Virus record (IMG/VR): IMGVR_UViG_3300044638_001368
Coordinates: 1 to 62,907 of that record
DNA length: 62,907 bases
Strand: one strand, 5' to 3'
Source: a virus
Lineage: Duplodnaviria > Caudoviricetes
Shown in pieces: positions 34,923 through 44,125 of the stretch (its first letter is position 1; every line of letters starts with the position of its first letter). Position numbers and translations under genes: made by a program. Below the pieces are notes generated by a model. That model saw only the letters and a list, made by a program, of their open reading frames with translations, searched no databases and was not told the DNA's origin.

Positions 34923-34954
34923 GGGGTTGCCTTAGCGGGCGACCCCTTTTTTTT
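34923..34954 (+). terminator. Rho-independent terminator ending the early region
   Basis: GGGGTTGCCT/GGGCGACCCC stem plus T8. Confidence 0.85.
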
Positions 34955-34958
34955 GTCT

Positions 34959-34986
34959 TTGACTTTGTCTAGACGTAGTGTATGGT
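34959..34986 (+). promoter_or_regulatory. Putative middle promoter
   Basis: TTGACT-16-TATGGT directly after the terminator. Confidence 0.5.
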
Positions 34987-35011
34987 GGTAAACCAACAAA
35001 CGAGAGAGCAC

Positions 35012-35320
35012 ATGGCCGCTACACCCGAGAAGAAGGTAAAAAATAAGGTAGTCGAGATACTTAAGTCGCACGGCGTCTATTACTTCTTCCCTGCTACCTA
35101 CGGCATGGGGCGCAGCGGCGTCCCTGATATCATCTGCTGTTACCACGGTAAGTTCCTAGCCATTGAGTGCAAGGCGGGCGCGGGTAAGACCACGGCGCTA
35201 CAGGAGCGCGAGCTTGCGGCCATCAAGGCTGCGGGCGGTGTTCAGCTGGTAGTCAACGAGAAGAACGTGGGCGAGGTGGCGGTGCTGCTGAACGTGCTGC
35301 GGAAGATGGAACGGTCATAA
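35012..35320 (+). CDS. VRR-NUC domain nuclease
   Basis: TPEKKVK...GVPDII...AIECKA...TALQ. Confidence 0.85.
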   Translation: MAATPEKKVKNKVVEILKSHGVYYFFPATYGMGRSGVPDIICCYHGKFLAIECKAGAGKTTALQERELAAIKAAGGVQLVVNEKNVGEVAVLLNVLRKMERS

Positions 35321-37137
35321 TGAATATTATCACCCTAGACTTCGAAACCTACTACTCCCAGAGCTTCTCGTTATCCAAGATAACGACGGAGGAGTACGTC
35401 CGTTCGCCTGAGTTCGAGACGATAGGGGTATCCGTAAAGGTGGACGACGCACCTGCCGTTTGGTTCAGCGGGTCATGGGCCGATACCAAGAACTTCCTTA
35501 ACCGGTTCGACTGGGACAATGCGATAGCGGTAGCCCACAACGCTGTGTTCGACATGGCTATACTTAACTGGGTGTACGACATCAGGCCCAAGCGCATTGC
35601 GGATACGCTGTCCATGGCACGTGCGCTAGGTGCGGGTAGTGTCAGCCTTGCTAACCTAGTCAAGCAGTACAAGCTTGGCGAGAAGGGCGACGAGGTTATC
35701 AACGCGCTAGGCAAAGGGCGGCTGGACTTCGACGAAGCATCCCTGCGTAGGTACGGTGCGTACTGCAAGAACGACACCGAGCTTACCTACAAGCTGTTCC
35801 AGACCCTTGGCCCTGACTTCCCTGTGTCCGAGTTCAAGCTTATTGACCTGACCATACGGATGTTTACGGAGCCAACCCTAGAACTAGATGCGGCGAAGCT
35901 GGAGGGCCATCTATTCAGCGTTCAGCAACGTAAGGGGCAGTTACTTCTTTCCGTCGCCGCTAACCAAGAAGTCCTTATGTCTAACCCAAAGTTTGCTTTG
36001 GCGTTGCAGAATATGAACGTTGAGCCGCCCGTGAAGATCAGCCCAACCACGGGCAAGGAGACTTGGGCCTTTGGTAAGACCGACGAGGACTTCAAGGCAC
36101 TGCTGGAGCACGAAGATGTACGGGTGCAAACGCTGGTGGCGGCGCGTCTGGGTATTAAGTCTACGCTGGAGGAGACAAGGACCGAGCGGTTTATAGGCAT
36201 AGCCAAGCGGGGCAAGCTGCCCATCCCCCTGCGTTACTACGCAGCGCACACCGGACGGTGGGGAGGCGACGACAAGGTGAACATGCAGAACCTGCCGCGT
36301 GCGTCAGCGCTTAAGTTCGCAATGCTAGCCCCTAAGGGTCACGTTATGATCGACAGCGACAGCAGCCAGATCGAAGCACGTACTTTGGCGTGGCTAGCAG
36401 GGCAGAATGACTTGGTCGAAGCCTTTGATAAGGGCATGGACGTGTACAAGATCATGGCGGCTGCAATTTACGACAAGAAGGAAGAGGACGTTACAAAGGA
36501 CGAACGGTTCGTCGGCAAGACCACGATCCTTGGGTGCGGCTACGGTATGGGCGCTGCCAAGTTCAAGAAGCAGCTGAAGACCTTTGGCGTTGAGATCAGC
36601 GAAGACGACGCGCGTATTATTATCGACGTGTACCGTAAGTCTTACCCGGCTATTACTAAGCTGTGGCGCGAAGCTGGTGTCGCGTTGGATGCGGTTCTAG
36701 GTGACAAGACGACCCCATTAGGGCAGTACGGTGTACTGGTAGTTGAAGGTGAGAAAGGTATACGTCTGCCTAACGGGCTGTACCTGCGTTACCCAAACCT
36801 GCGTAAGCAGAACAACGACGACGGTAAGTCCGAGTACGTCTACGATACCAAGAAGGGCAAGACGACTGTGCCTAACCGTATCTACGGCGGCAAGGTTATC
36901 GAAAACGTCTGCCAAGCTCTAGCCCGCATCATCATTGGCGAACAGATGCTGTTGATAGCCAAGAAGTACAAGGTGGTCATGACGGTGCACGATGCTATCG
37001 GGTGCGTAGTTCCCGAAAGTGATGTTGATGTTGCACTGGAGAATATCCAGATGTTCATGCGCGTGCGCCCCGACTGGGCGCTGGAGTTACCGCTTAACTG
37101 CGAAGCAGGTGCGGGTAAGAGCTACGGAGACTGCTGA
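35320..37137 (+). CDS. DNA polymerase family A with 3'-5' exonuclease
   Basis: LDFET exo I, AHNAVFD exo II, HTGRW, DSSQIEAR motif A, RFVGKTTILGCGYG motif B, VHD motif C. Confidence 0.93.
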   Translation: MNIITLDFETYYSQSFSLSKITTEEYVRSPEFETIGVSVKVDDAPAVWFSGSWADTKNFLNRFDWDNAIAVAHNAVFDMAILNWVYDIRPKRIADTLSMARALGAGSVSLANLVKQYKLGEKGDEVINALGKGRLDFDEASLRRYGAYCKNDTELTYKLFQTLGPDFPVSEFKLIDLTIRMFTEPTLELDAAKLEGHLFSVQQRKGQLLLSVAANQEVLMSNPKFALALQNMNVEPPVKISPTTGKETWAFGKTDEDFKALLEHEDVRVQTLVAARLGIKSTLEETRTERFIGIAKRGKLPIPLRYYAAHTGRWGGDDKVNMQNLPRASALKFAMLAPKGHVMIDSDSSQIEARTLAWLAGQNDLVEAFDKGMDVYKIMAAAIYDKKEEDVTKDERFVGKTTILGCGYGMGAAKFKKQLKTFGVEISEDDARIIIDVYRKSYPAITKLWREAGVALDAVLGDKTTPLGQYGVLVVEGEKGIRLPNGLYLRYPNLRKQNNDDGKSEYVYDTKKGKTTVPNRIYGGKVIENVCQALARIIIGEQMLLIAKKYKVVMTVHDAIGCVVPESDVDVALENIQMFMRVRPDWALELPLNCEAGAGKSYGDC

Positions 37138-37316
37138 TGAACATTAAAAGCGGACTGAAGTTTCTAGCTACTATGTGGGGGGGAGTGGCCGCCGTGTTTC
37201 TTGTGGGTTGGGCGGTGGTCCAGTTGGGCATTCTGCTCGCAGGTTTCGTGGGGGCTATGGCGGCGGGGGTTATTGTTCTCTCGGTGCTTATATTTTTGCT
37301 CGGGGCTTTGGTATGA
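37137..37316 (+). CDS. Small membrane protein (59 aa, not in ORF track)
   Basis: Read manually: MNIKSGLKFLATMWGGVAAVFLVGWAVV...; TGATG and ATGA overlaps. Confidence 0.55.
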   Translation: MNIKSGLKFLATMWGGVAAVFLVGWAVVQLGILLAGFVGAMAAGVIVLSVLIFLLGALV

Positions 37317-37564
37317 CCGACATGATCGAACGGGTAGCGAAGGCTATTGATGCGGATAGGCGTGGTTGGGCATTGGTGCCGCCCGAAGGCGCGACTGATG
37401 AAAACCGTTGGAAGACCTACACACCTATAGCCCGCGCCGCCATTGCCGCCATGCGGGAGCCTAGTGGGGAGATGTTAACAGCAGCAGACCTGCGGGACGG
37501 CATATGCACATCATACGACGAACTGTGGAAGACCATGATCGACGCCGCGCTGGAGGATGAATGA
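37313..37564 (+). CDS. Conserved small phage protein
   Basis: MIERVAKAI...ARAAIAAMREP...WKTMIDAAL. Confidence 0.65.
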   Translation: MTDMIERVAKAIDADRRGWALVPPEGATDENRWKTYTPIARAAIAAMREPSGEMLTAADLRDGICTSYDELWKTMIDAALEDE

Positions 37565-38190
37565 GCTACCTAATAACCAACCTACCCGCCCAGCACGTTT
37601 GGGTCCGCAAAGAATACCTGCGCGACCTAGAGGACGGGCATGGCGAGTTTGTCAAAGGGGTTTGGGTCTGCGCCAAGAGCATACCCGGACGGGCTTTGTA
37701 TTTTGAGACGTACCTGCCGCATTACGGAGCTATGTTCGACAAGCTGCCGCTGTCTGCCTTCGTGGCAGAACCGAAAACGCCTGACCCAGATTTGCCGCTG
37801 ACCGACCTGCAATTCTGGAACTGCATGGATTATGGGGTAGTGTCTGTAATCAAACAGTTTACCGCCTCGATGTCATACGAGGCTAGGCTGAAGTCTGGCG
37901 GGTCTATGCGCGGCACCTACGTCTGCACACTGGACAACTACCACCCCGCGCCGGATACCATTGACTACTCGACCAGCGAGACGCCCAGCGAACACAAAAG
38001 CAATAACATCGTTGAACTGGAGAATGGGCAATACTGCGCCTACCCGAACAATAGGCTGCGGATCATAGACACATCGCTATCACCCAAGACGTTACTGGTG
38101 CCTGATTTTAAATGCTCGACCCAGTTCTTTGCGGTGGAAAATGAAACCGATGCAAAGACATACGGGGACAGCGATGCGTATCATTATTAA
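37561..38190 (+). CDS. Conserved hypothetical phage protein
   Basis: WVRKEYL...KLPLSAF...EHKS...NGQYCAYPNNR. Confidence 0.7.
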   Translation: MSYLITNLPAQHVWVRKEYLRDLEDGHGEFVKGVWVCAKSIPGRALYFETYLPHYGAMFDKLPLSAFVAEPKTPDPDLPLTDLQFWNCMDYGVVSVIKQFTASMSYEARLKSGGSMRGTYVCTLDNYHPAPDTIDYSTSETPSEHKSNNIVELENGQYCAYPNNRLRIIDTSLSPKTLLVPDFKCSTQFFAVENETDAKTYGDSDAYHY

Positions 38191-38202
38191 AGGAACCAAC
38201 AC

Positions 38203-38469
38203 ATGAACACTGAAGAACTACACCCCGCTATCGAACTACTTATCGCCCGTATGCAGAGCAACCCTGAGGAGTTTATCAGGGGTGAATGGGACATGGAGGA
38301 GAAGAATTGTATAGCCCATGCGAACGAGGAGGAACTTACCGCGCTAAAGACCACCCGCCGTAATATAACACTCGATGGGATACACAAACAGATAATGAAG
38401 CACCTACTTAATCCAGAGCAGACGGATTTGTTTACAGGAATGACGAACCAGAAAGCCCCTAAACCATGA
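38203..38469 (+). CDS. Hypothetical protein
   Basis: AAGGA SD; LLIARMQSNPEEF. Confidence 0.6.
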   Translation: MNTEELHPAIELLIARMQSNPEEFIRGEWDMEEKNCIAHANEEELTALKTTRRNITLDGIHKQIMKHLLNPEQTDLFTGMTNQKAPKP

Positions 38470-39056
38470 CCGACTTCAAGTTCACCCAAGACTGGTTCCA
38501 CTGGTCACCCGCTATATGGGAACAACTGGTCCCTTCTCTACCGGGACGTAAACGCTTATTGGAACTGGGCGCGTTCGAAGGGCGTAGCACTGCATGGATC
38601 GTGGAGAACATGCTCGAAGACGACGGCACACTTATCTCTGTTGATACGTGGGGAGGTGCAGAGGAGCACCTTATAATGGGACTGGCGATGTCAGACGCCG
38701 AAGATAACTACGACCACAACCTGCGCCTGTTAGGTGAGCAGTACCCTGAACGGGCGGTGCTCAAGTTCAAGATGACTTCCTACGAAGCGATTACCAAGCT
38801 GGCCGGTGGGCCGCAGTTTGACTTCATCTATGTAGATGCTTCGCATACCGCGCCTGACGTGCTTACCGATGCTTGCGTAGCTTGGCCGATGCTCAAGGAC
38901 AACGGCGTCATGGTATTCGATGACTACCTGTGGGGCGACAACCGCGACGTGCTGCACAGACCCAAGCTGGCTGTTGATGCCTTTACCAACATATTCGCGG
39001 AGCAACTGAAGCCCGTGCACATGGGTTACCAGTACATAGTAAGGAAAGAAAAGTGA
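38466..39056 (+). CDS. Class I SAM-dependent methyltransferase (Methyltransf_24-like)
   Basis: LELGAFEGRS, VDTW, FDFIYVDASH, GVMVFDDY. Confidence 0.85.
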   Translation: MTDFKFTQDWFHWSPAIWEQLVPSLPGRKRLLELGAFEGRSTAWIVENMLEDDGTLISVDTWGGAEEHLIMGLAMSDAEDNYDHNLRLLGEQYPERAVLKFKMTSYEAITKLAGGPQFDFIYVDASHTAPDVLTDACVAWPMLKDNGVMVFDDYLWGDNRDVLHRPKLAVDAFTNIFAEQLKPVHMGYQYIVRKEK

Positions 39057-39487
39057 CCACAACGAGCCCTCGTCCTTTCTACCAAACCGGACAAGACATA
39101 CTCAACGCGCAGGTAGCGGTGGACAAGCTGTGCAAACATATTAAGTGCGAAGCAGTTAGGCTTCCTCTCGACGCTCATGCGGACTTCATGTTGGCGCGTA
39201 ATAAGCGGGGTAGGGCGATTGTCCGCGTAAAGACGCGCAATAACAAACGTAAAGCGTACAGCACCTACATGCTCAGTCTGGATAAATATACTTCGCTGGG
39301 TGAGTGGGCCGGTAAAGGCTTTACTCCCATCCTGCTAGTTCAGTGGTCGGATTTTCTAGGGTGCGTGACCCTGCCTGTTGAACACACGGTGTCTACGGGC
39401 GGCAGGTATGATCGCGGTGATCCGAAAGACGTAGAGACTGTAGTTTTAATAAACGTAGATAAATTTGAAAACGTGGAAAAAATATAA
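39053..39487 (+). CDS. PD-(D/E)XK-fold protein, possibly catalytically degenerate
   Basis: ADFM...IVRVKTR...YSTYMLSLDK...GGRYDRGDPKDVE. Confidence 0.5.
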   Translation: MTTTSPRPFYQTGQDILNAQVAVDKLCKHIKCEAVRLPLDAHADFMLARNKRGRAIVRVKTRNNKRKAYSTYMLSLDKYTSLGEWAGKGFTPILLVQWSDFLGCVTLPVEHTVSTGGRYDRGDPKDVETVVLINVDKFENVEKI

Positions 39488-40269
39488 TGACCGACGAAAT
39501 CAAAGTAGCCGTCAAAGACCCCGAGAAGAAGCCTAGCATTATGATCGCCACGCCGATGTACGGCGGTATGTGTACTGGGCACTACGTAAGCGGCCTACTC
39601 GCCGCCGTGTCCAAGCTGCGTGACATGGGTGTGCAGGTGTTCTGGGCGCAGCTGATGAACGAAAGCCTGATTACCCGGGCGCGTAACGACCTGACCAATG
39701 CGTTTCTGGAGCGCGGCCACGACTACCTTATGTTTATCGACGCAGACGTTGGTTTTACCGCCGAGGCTGTACTTACTCTACTTGCCGCTGACAGGGACGT
39801 TGCCTGCGGTATCTACCCCAAGAAGGAAGTGGACTGGGCGCGGATAGAAAAGGCCGCGAAGGATGGCAAAGAAGGCTTGCACGACTACGCTGGGTCTTTC
39901 GTGTTCAACATGATCGGCACAGGCCACGCAGAGACTGACCCTGAAGGCATGATCGAAGTGCGCCACGCCGGTACTGGCTTCATGCTAATCAAGCGGGGGG
40001 TATTCGAACACCTGAAGCCCCACGTGCCTACGTACCGCGTAGCATCCTTCAAGGACGAGAACGGTGAGTACGCCAAGCCGCTGATCCATGAGTACTTCGC
40101 TACCAGTATCGACGCTGGCGGCGCTCTGCTGTCTGAGGACTACCACTTCTGCGAACTGTTCAGGAAGCACGGCGGCAAGATTTACGCCAACCCGTTCCTC
40201 CGGTTGCAGCACGTGGGTACGTACGTGTACGGCGGGGACATCGTGAAGTCGGGAGGCAACCTGAAATGA
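39487..40269 (+). CDS. GT-A fold glycosyltransferase-like protein (middle copy)
   Basis: MIATPMYGG, ESLITRARN, MFIDAD, GTGFMLIKR, SEDYHFC, LQHVG. Confidence 0.78.
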   Translation: MTDEIKVAVKDPEKKPSIMIATPMYGGMCTGHYVSGLLAAVSKLRDMGVQVFWAQLMNESLITRARNDLTNAFLERGHDYLMFIDADVGFTAEAVLTLLAADRDVACGIYPKKEVDWARIEKAAKDGKEGLHDYAGSFVFNMIGTGHAETDPEGMIEVRHAGTGFMLIKRGVFEHLKPHVPTYRVASFKDENGEYAKPLIHEYFATSIDAGGALLSEDYHFCELFRKHGGKIYANPFLRLQHVGTYVYGGDIVKSGGNLK

Positions 40270-40754
40270 CCCCGTTCTGGACCCCGGCGAAGATCGCCCT
40301 GCTTGAACGGTATTGGGCCGAAGGGCGAACCGCGCAGCGTATTGGCGACAAGCTTGGAGCGACTAGGAACGCAGTTATTGGTAAGGCCCACAGGCTGAAG
40401 CTAACGCCCCGGGGGGAACCAGCGCGGGCACCGGTTAAGCAGAAGATACAAAAGGTTAAGGCTGTTCGACCTGCTGCGGAACCGAAGCTAAAGGGTTCAC
40501 GCAAAACCACGACGAGGTCTAAGCCAGTGCCGCCTAGACCTATTGTGCACGAGACTGTCCCTATGGGTGATGTGTGCACCGCCACTATGGCGCTTAAGGC
40601 TAACGACTGCCGATGGCCTTTGGGTGATCCCTACACGGATAGGTTTATGTACTGTGACAAGAAGAAAACAGAGAAGTACCCGTACTGCGAAGAGCACTGC
40701 CGTATGGCGTACAACGAGGCTGGTTCGCTAAAGTACCGGGGGAAGGTGAAATGA
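40266..40754 (+). CDS. gcrA: GcrA cell-cycle regulator homolog
   Basis: WT...W.EG.TA..I...LG.TRNAVIGKAHRL HTH and CRWPLGDP...C...PYCEEH C-terminal domain. Confidence 0.9.
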   Translation: MTPFWTPAKIALLERYWAEGRTAQRIGDKLGATRNAVIGKAHRLKLTPRGEPARAPVKQKIQKVKAVRPAAEPKLKGSRKTTTRSKPVPPRPIVHETVPMGDVCTATMALKANDCRWPLGDPYTDRFMYCDKKKTEKYPYCEEHCRMAYNEAGSLKYRGKVK

Positions 40755-41032
40755 CAATCGGATCGGACATGCTGCTCAAAGCTAGCCAAGTCATCAAGGA
40801 ACGGGGGCTGACGTATGGCCCCATGAGCCAGAACATGGACAGGATTGCGGCCCTTTGGGCCGTTTGTCTCGGGATGCCTATCACCCCGGTACAGGTTGCG
40901 TGCTGTATGGTAGCCGTTAAACTGGCTAGACTTGTTCAAACACCGGGTCACGAGGATTCAGCAGTTGATATCGCGGGCTACGCTGCGGTGATACGCGAAT
41001 GTCAGGAGGATAGTGATGTTAGAAACAGCTAG
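40751..41032 (+). CDS. DUF6378-like protein
   Basis: ERG..YG...IAALW...VKLAR...HEDSAVDIAGYAA. Confidence 0.75.
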   Translation: MTIGSDMLLKASQVIKERGLTYGPMSQNMDRIAALWAVCLGMPITPVQVACCMVAVKLARLVQTPGHEDSAVDIAGYAAVIRECQEDSDVRNS

Positions 41033-41204
41033 GGACGTACTAAGCAACCTGCGGAGTATGGCGGGTTCGGATACACAATATGTGGAAAACGTATGGGCTC
41101 TGCGGTATCCTGATCCCTCACCTAAAGCATCTCACGGTTGGCCTTACCACCCCGCCGGGGAACGAATTGAAACACCAAGCAAAGTAAGAGCAATACGCCC
41201 ATGA
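41013..41204 (+). CDS. Hypothetical protein
   Basis: GGAGG SD; overlaps neighbours. Confidence 0.45.
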   Translation: MMLETARDVLSNLRSMAGSDTQYVENVWALRYPDPSPKASHGWPYHPAGERIETPSKVRAIRP

Positions 41205-41467
41205 ACTACTTGAAAGACCTGAGAGAGCGGAGATACAAAAAGGCGAGCAGAGATCGTGACGTAAAGGATACGCAGTCCATGCAGGACTGGGCTCGCCGCC
41301 TAGACGAAGAGCGCTATATAGCACACCATAAGGACAGCATTGAACTCATGCAGTACAGCGCACAGCGTGGGATGTCCCGGTCTTCTATGGTCCGTATATG
41401 GGGAACCCGGCTCGTGGATGCTGTTTTAGGGTACAGACAAGATGAACAAAAACCCAAGACAGCGTGA
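41201..41467 (+). CDS. Hypothetical protein
   Basis: ATGA overlap with the upstream gene. Confidence 0.55.
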   Translation: MNYLKDLRERRYKKASRDRDVKDTQSMQDWARRLDEERYIAHHKDSIELMQYSAQRGMSRSSMVRIWGTRLVDAVLGYRQDEQKPKTA

Positions 41468-41576
41468 CGAGCTTGGGCAACCGCTAGGTATTAGTGGCTG
41501 CTTGATATTGATATTATTCGGTTCCGGCTTCTGGGCCGCGATTATTATTGTTGGGAATTGGTTGTTAGACACATGA
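41442..41576 (+). CDS. Small single-TM protein (44 aa, not in ORF track)
   Basis: Read manually; ATGA overlap with the exonuclease start. Confidence 0.4.
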   Translation: MNKNPRQRDELGQPLGISGCLILILFGSGFWAAIIIVGNWLLDT

Positions 41577-42241
41577 TTACGTGGTCCTACAGTAGCATCA
41601 AGACCTTCGACCAGTGCCCGAAGAAGTACTACCACCTTAAGGTAGCCAAGGACGTTAAGGACTCGGGCAGCGATGCCACGGTCTACGGACAGGAAGTACA
41701 TAAGGCCGCTGAAGACTATATCAAGTTTGGTACGCCGATCCCTGCCAAGTTCAAGTTCATTGAACCTACTGTAGCTTCCCTTAACAACATCCCCGGCGAA
41801 AAGCACACGGAGATTAGGTTGGGTATCAAGAAGACAGACGCTGGCTACGAGCCCTGCGGGTTCTTCGACAAGGACGTGTGGTGGCGCGGCATTGCCGACC
41901 TGCTTATCGTAGACCGTGGTAGAGGGTGGCTGGTGGACTACAAGACCAGCAAGAGCGCCAAGTACGCAGACACTATGCAGTTGGACTTGCTAGCGGGCGC
42001 TGCGTTCCTGCACTTCCCGCAGCTTAAGCGTATTAAGTCGGCGCTGGCGTATGTAGTCTGCGAAGCGTTTCCCAAGAAGACCCACGATGCCGCGAAGCGC
42101 GATGCTTATATTGAAGTCTTTAGCGATGAACTGGAGCGCCTAGCTGGTGCCCATGAGTCGGGGGTTTGGAACGCCAAGACCGGGCCGTTATGCGGCTGGT
42201 GCCCCGTAACTAGTTGTGAACATTATAATAGGAGACGTTGA
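41573..42241 (+). CDS. PD-(D/E)XK exonuclease (RecB/Cas4-like)
   Basis: WSYSS...CP...G..VH...RGIADL...VDYKT...Q...CGWCP..SC. Confidence 0.85.
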   Translation: MITWSYSSIKTFDQCPKKYYHLKVAKDVKDSGSDATVYGQEVHKAAEDYIKFGTPIPAKFKFIEPTVASLNNIPGEKHTEIRLGIKKTDAGYEPCGFFDKDVWWRGIADLLIVDRGRGWLVDYKTSKSAKYADTMQLDLLAGAAFLHFPQLKRIKSALAYVVCEAFPKKTHDAAKRDAYIEVFSDELERLAGAHESGVWNAKTGPLCGWCPVTSCEHYNRRR

Positions 42242-42531
42242 TGCCATACGTAAACAAACCCCGTCCGTACAAGAAAGAATACGAACAGTACGACGGCACC
42301 GAAAAAGTTAAGAAAAAACGGGCTGTCCGTAACGCCGCCCGCCGTGAGATGATGAAGAAGGGCAAAGTGCACAAAGGTGACGGTAAGGACATTGACCACG
42401 CCAAGCCGCTGTCCAAGGGCGGCACCAACGCGACCAGTAACCTGCGGGTCAAGAGCGCCAGCGCCAACCGTTCGTTCAGCCGCAACTCAGACCACACTGT
42501 GAAGACTAACAAGCCTAAGAGGAAGAAGTAA
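42241..42531 (+). CDS. HNH endonuclease-like protein
   Basis: DIDHAKPLSKGGTN..SNLRV...NR. Confidence 0.7.
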   Translation: MPYVNKPRPYKKEYEQYDGTEKVKKKRAVRNAARREMMKKGKVHKGDGKDIDHAKPLSKGGTNATSNLRVKSASANRSFSRNSDHTVKTNKPKRKK

Positions 42532-42701
42532 TGAACTCGGTTGGAATACCAAGACTAGTAGCAAGTCTCGAAACAGGCGAGGGCGATGTTAGGTTTCCTA
42601 AAGATTGGGAAAATTGGTCTTCGCTTCTACGGGCTGACCTACTTAAAGACTGGATTGGCGTGCTAACCAACGAATACGAAAAGTCGTTCCCGCTCAAATG
42701 A
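42531..42701 (+). CDS. Small protein (56 aa, not in ORF track)
   Basis: Read manually: MNSVGIPRLVASLETGEG...RADLLKDW; TAATG and ATGA overlaps. Confidence 0.55.
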   Translation: MNSVGIPRLVASLETGEGDVRFPKDWENWSSLLRADLLKDWIGVLTNEYEKSFPLK

Positions 42702-44080
42702 CCATCCTAACTGACTACGACTGGCCGGGTAAGTTCAGACCGTTTGCCCACCAGAAGGAAACTGCTGACTTCTTGACCCGCCGCCGCAAGGCGTTTTGCT
42801 TCAACGAGCAGGGTACGGGTAAGACTGCGTCCGTTATCTGGGCCGCTGACCATCTGATGAAACAGGGCAAGGTGAACCGTGTGCTGGTGATCTGCCCCCT
42901 GTCCATCATGAAGTCGGCGTGGCAGCAGGACCTGTTCAAGTTCGCCATGCACCGCAGTTGTTCGGTAGCCCACGGGGATGCCAAGCAGCGCAAGAAGATC
43001 ATCGCAGCTGGCTCTGAGTTCGTCGTCATTAACTTCGACGGGCTTGCCGTGGTCAAGGACGAGATCATCAAGGGTGGTTTCGACCTGATCGTGGTGGACG
43101 AAGCCAACGCCTACAAGAACCCTATGACCACCCGCTGGAAGGTGCTGCGCGACGTAGCCGCCGCAGCTAAGGGGTTATGGATGCTTACTGGTACGCCAGC
43201 AGCGCAGTCTCCACTGGATGCCTACGGCCTAGCCAAACTGGTTAACCCAGACAATACGCCCAAGTACTACGGCGCTTTCCGCGACCAAGTTATGTACAAG
43301 GTCACCCAGTTCAAGTGGGTAGCCAAGCCGGGATCACAAGATACGGTGCATCAGGTACTCCAGCCCGCTATCCGGTTCGAACGCAGTCAGTGCCTAGACC
43401 TGCCGCCCGTCACCCACGTAGAGCGCGAAGCGCCGCTTACCCCGCAGCAAGTCAAGTACTACAGCCTGCTTAAGGAGAAGATGACTATGCAGGCGGGTGG
43501 AGAGTCCATTACCGCTGTTAACGCAGCCACTAACATTAACAAACTACTCCAGATCAGCGGGGGTGCGGTCTATACGGATACTGGCGAAGTCGTTGAGTTC
43601 GACGTTAGCAACCGCCTGAATGCTGTTCTTGAAGTGATCGAGGAGTCCAGCCACAAGGTGTTGGTGTTCGTACCCTTCACACACACTATAGAGCTGCTCA
43701 AGGCTACGCTCGACAAGCACGGTATCAGCAACGACATTATCAACGGCAAGGTCTCGGTAAACAAGCGTAGTGATATAGTTACGCGGTTCCAGAACAACCC
43801 AGACCCCTACGTGCTCATCATCCAGCCACAGGCTGCATCCCACGGATTGACGTTAACGGCAGCGAACACCATCATCTGGTATGCCCCGGTGACTTCCGTT
43901 GAGACTTACTTGCAGGCAAACGCCCGCATCAACCGTCCGGGCCAACACAACCCAATGACTATTGTGCACATCAAGGGTAGTGAGATAGAAGACAAGCTGT
44001 ACCGGATGCTCCGGGCCAACATCAACAACCATGAAAAGATAATTGACTTGTACCACCAAGAACTCTCCGGTACCGCTTGA
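42698..44080 (+). CDS. SNF2-family SF2 helicase
   Basis: EQGTGKT, VVDEA, LTGTP, HGLTL, QANARINRPGQ. Confidence 0.92.
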   Translation: MTILTDYDWPGKFRPFAHQKETADFLTRRRKAFCFNEQGTGKTASVIWAADHLMKQGKVNRVLVICPLSIMKSAWQQDLFKFAMHRSCSVAHGDAKQRKKIIAAGSEFVVINFDGLAVVKDEIIKGGFDLIVVDEANAYKNPMTTRWKVLRDVAAAAKGLWMLTGTPAAQSPLDAYGLAKLVNPDNTPKYYGAFRDQVMYKVTQFKWVAKPGSQDTVHQVLQPAIRFERSQCLDLPPVTHVEREAPLTPQQVKYYSLLKEKMTMQAGGESITAVNAATNINKLLQISGGAVYTDTGEVVEFDVSNRLNAVLEVIEESSHKVLVFVPFTHTIELLKATLDKHGISNDIINGKVSVNKRSDIVTRFQNNPDPYVLIIQPQAASHGLTLTAANTIIWYAPVTSVETYLQANARINRPGQHNPMTIVHIKGSEIEDKLYRMLRANINNHEKIIDLYHQELSGTA

Positions 44081-44104
44081 CTTTGTCAAATACAGGCGTA
44101 GATT
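44077..44104 (+). promoter_or_regulatory. Putative middle promoter with palindromic -35 (TTGAC-N3-GTCAA)
   Basis: TTGACT-16-TAGATT, then AGGAG SD and ATG 44126. Confidence 0.5.
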
Positions 44105-44125
44105 GTCGGGCCACAAGGAGCAACC

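Noticed and set aside
41573-42241. Cas4 as evidence of a CRISPR system
   Set aside because: Ordinary phage replication-module exonuclease; no array or other cas genes
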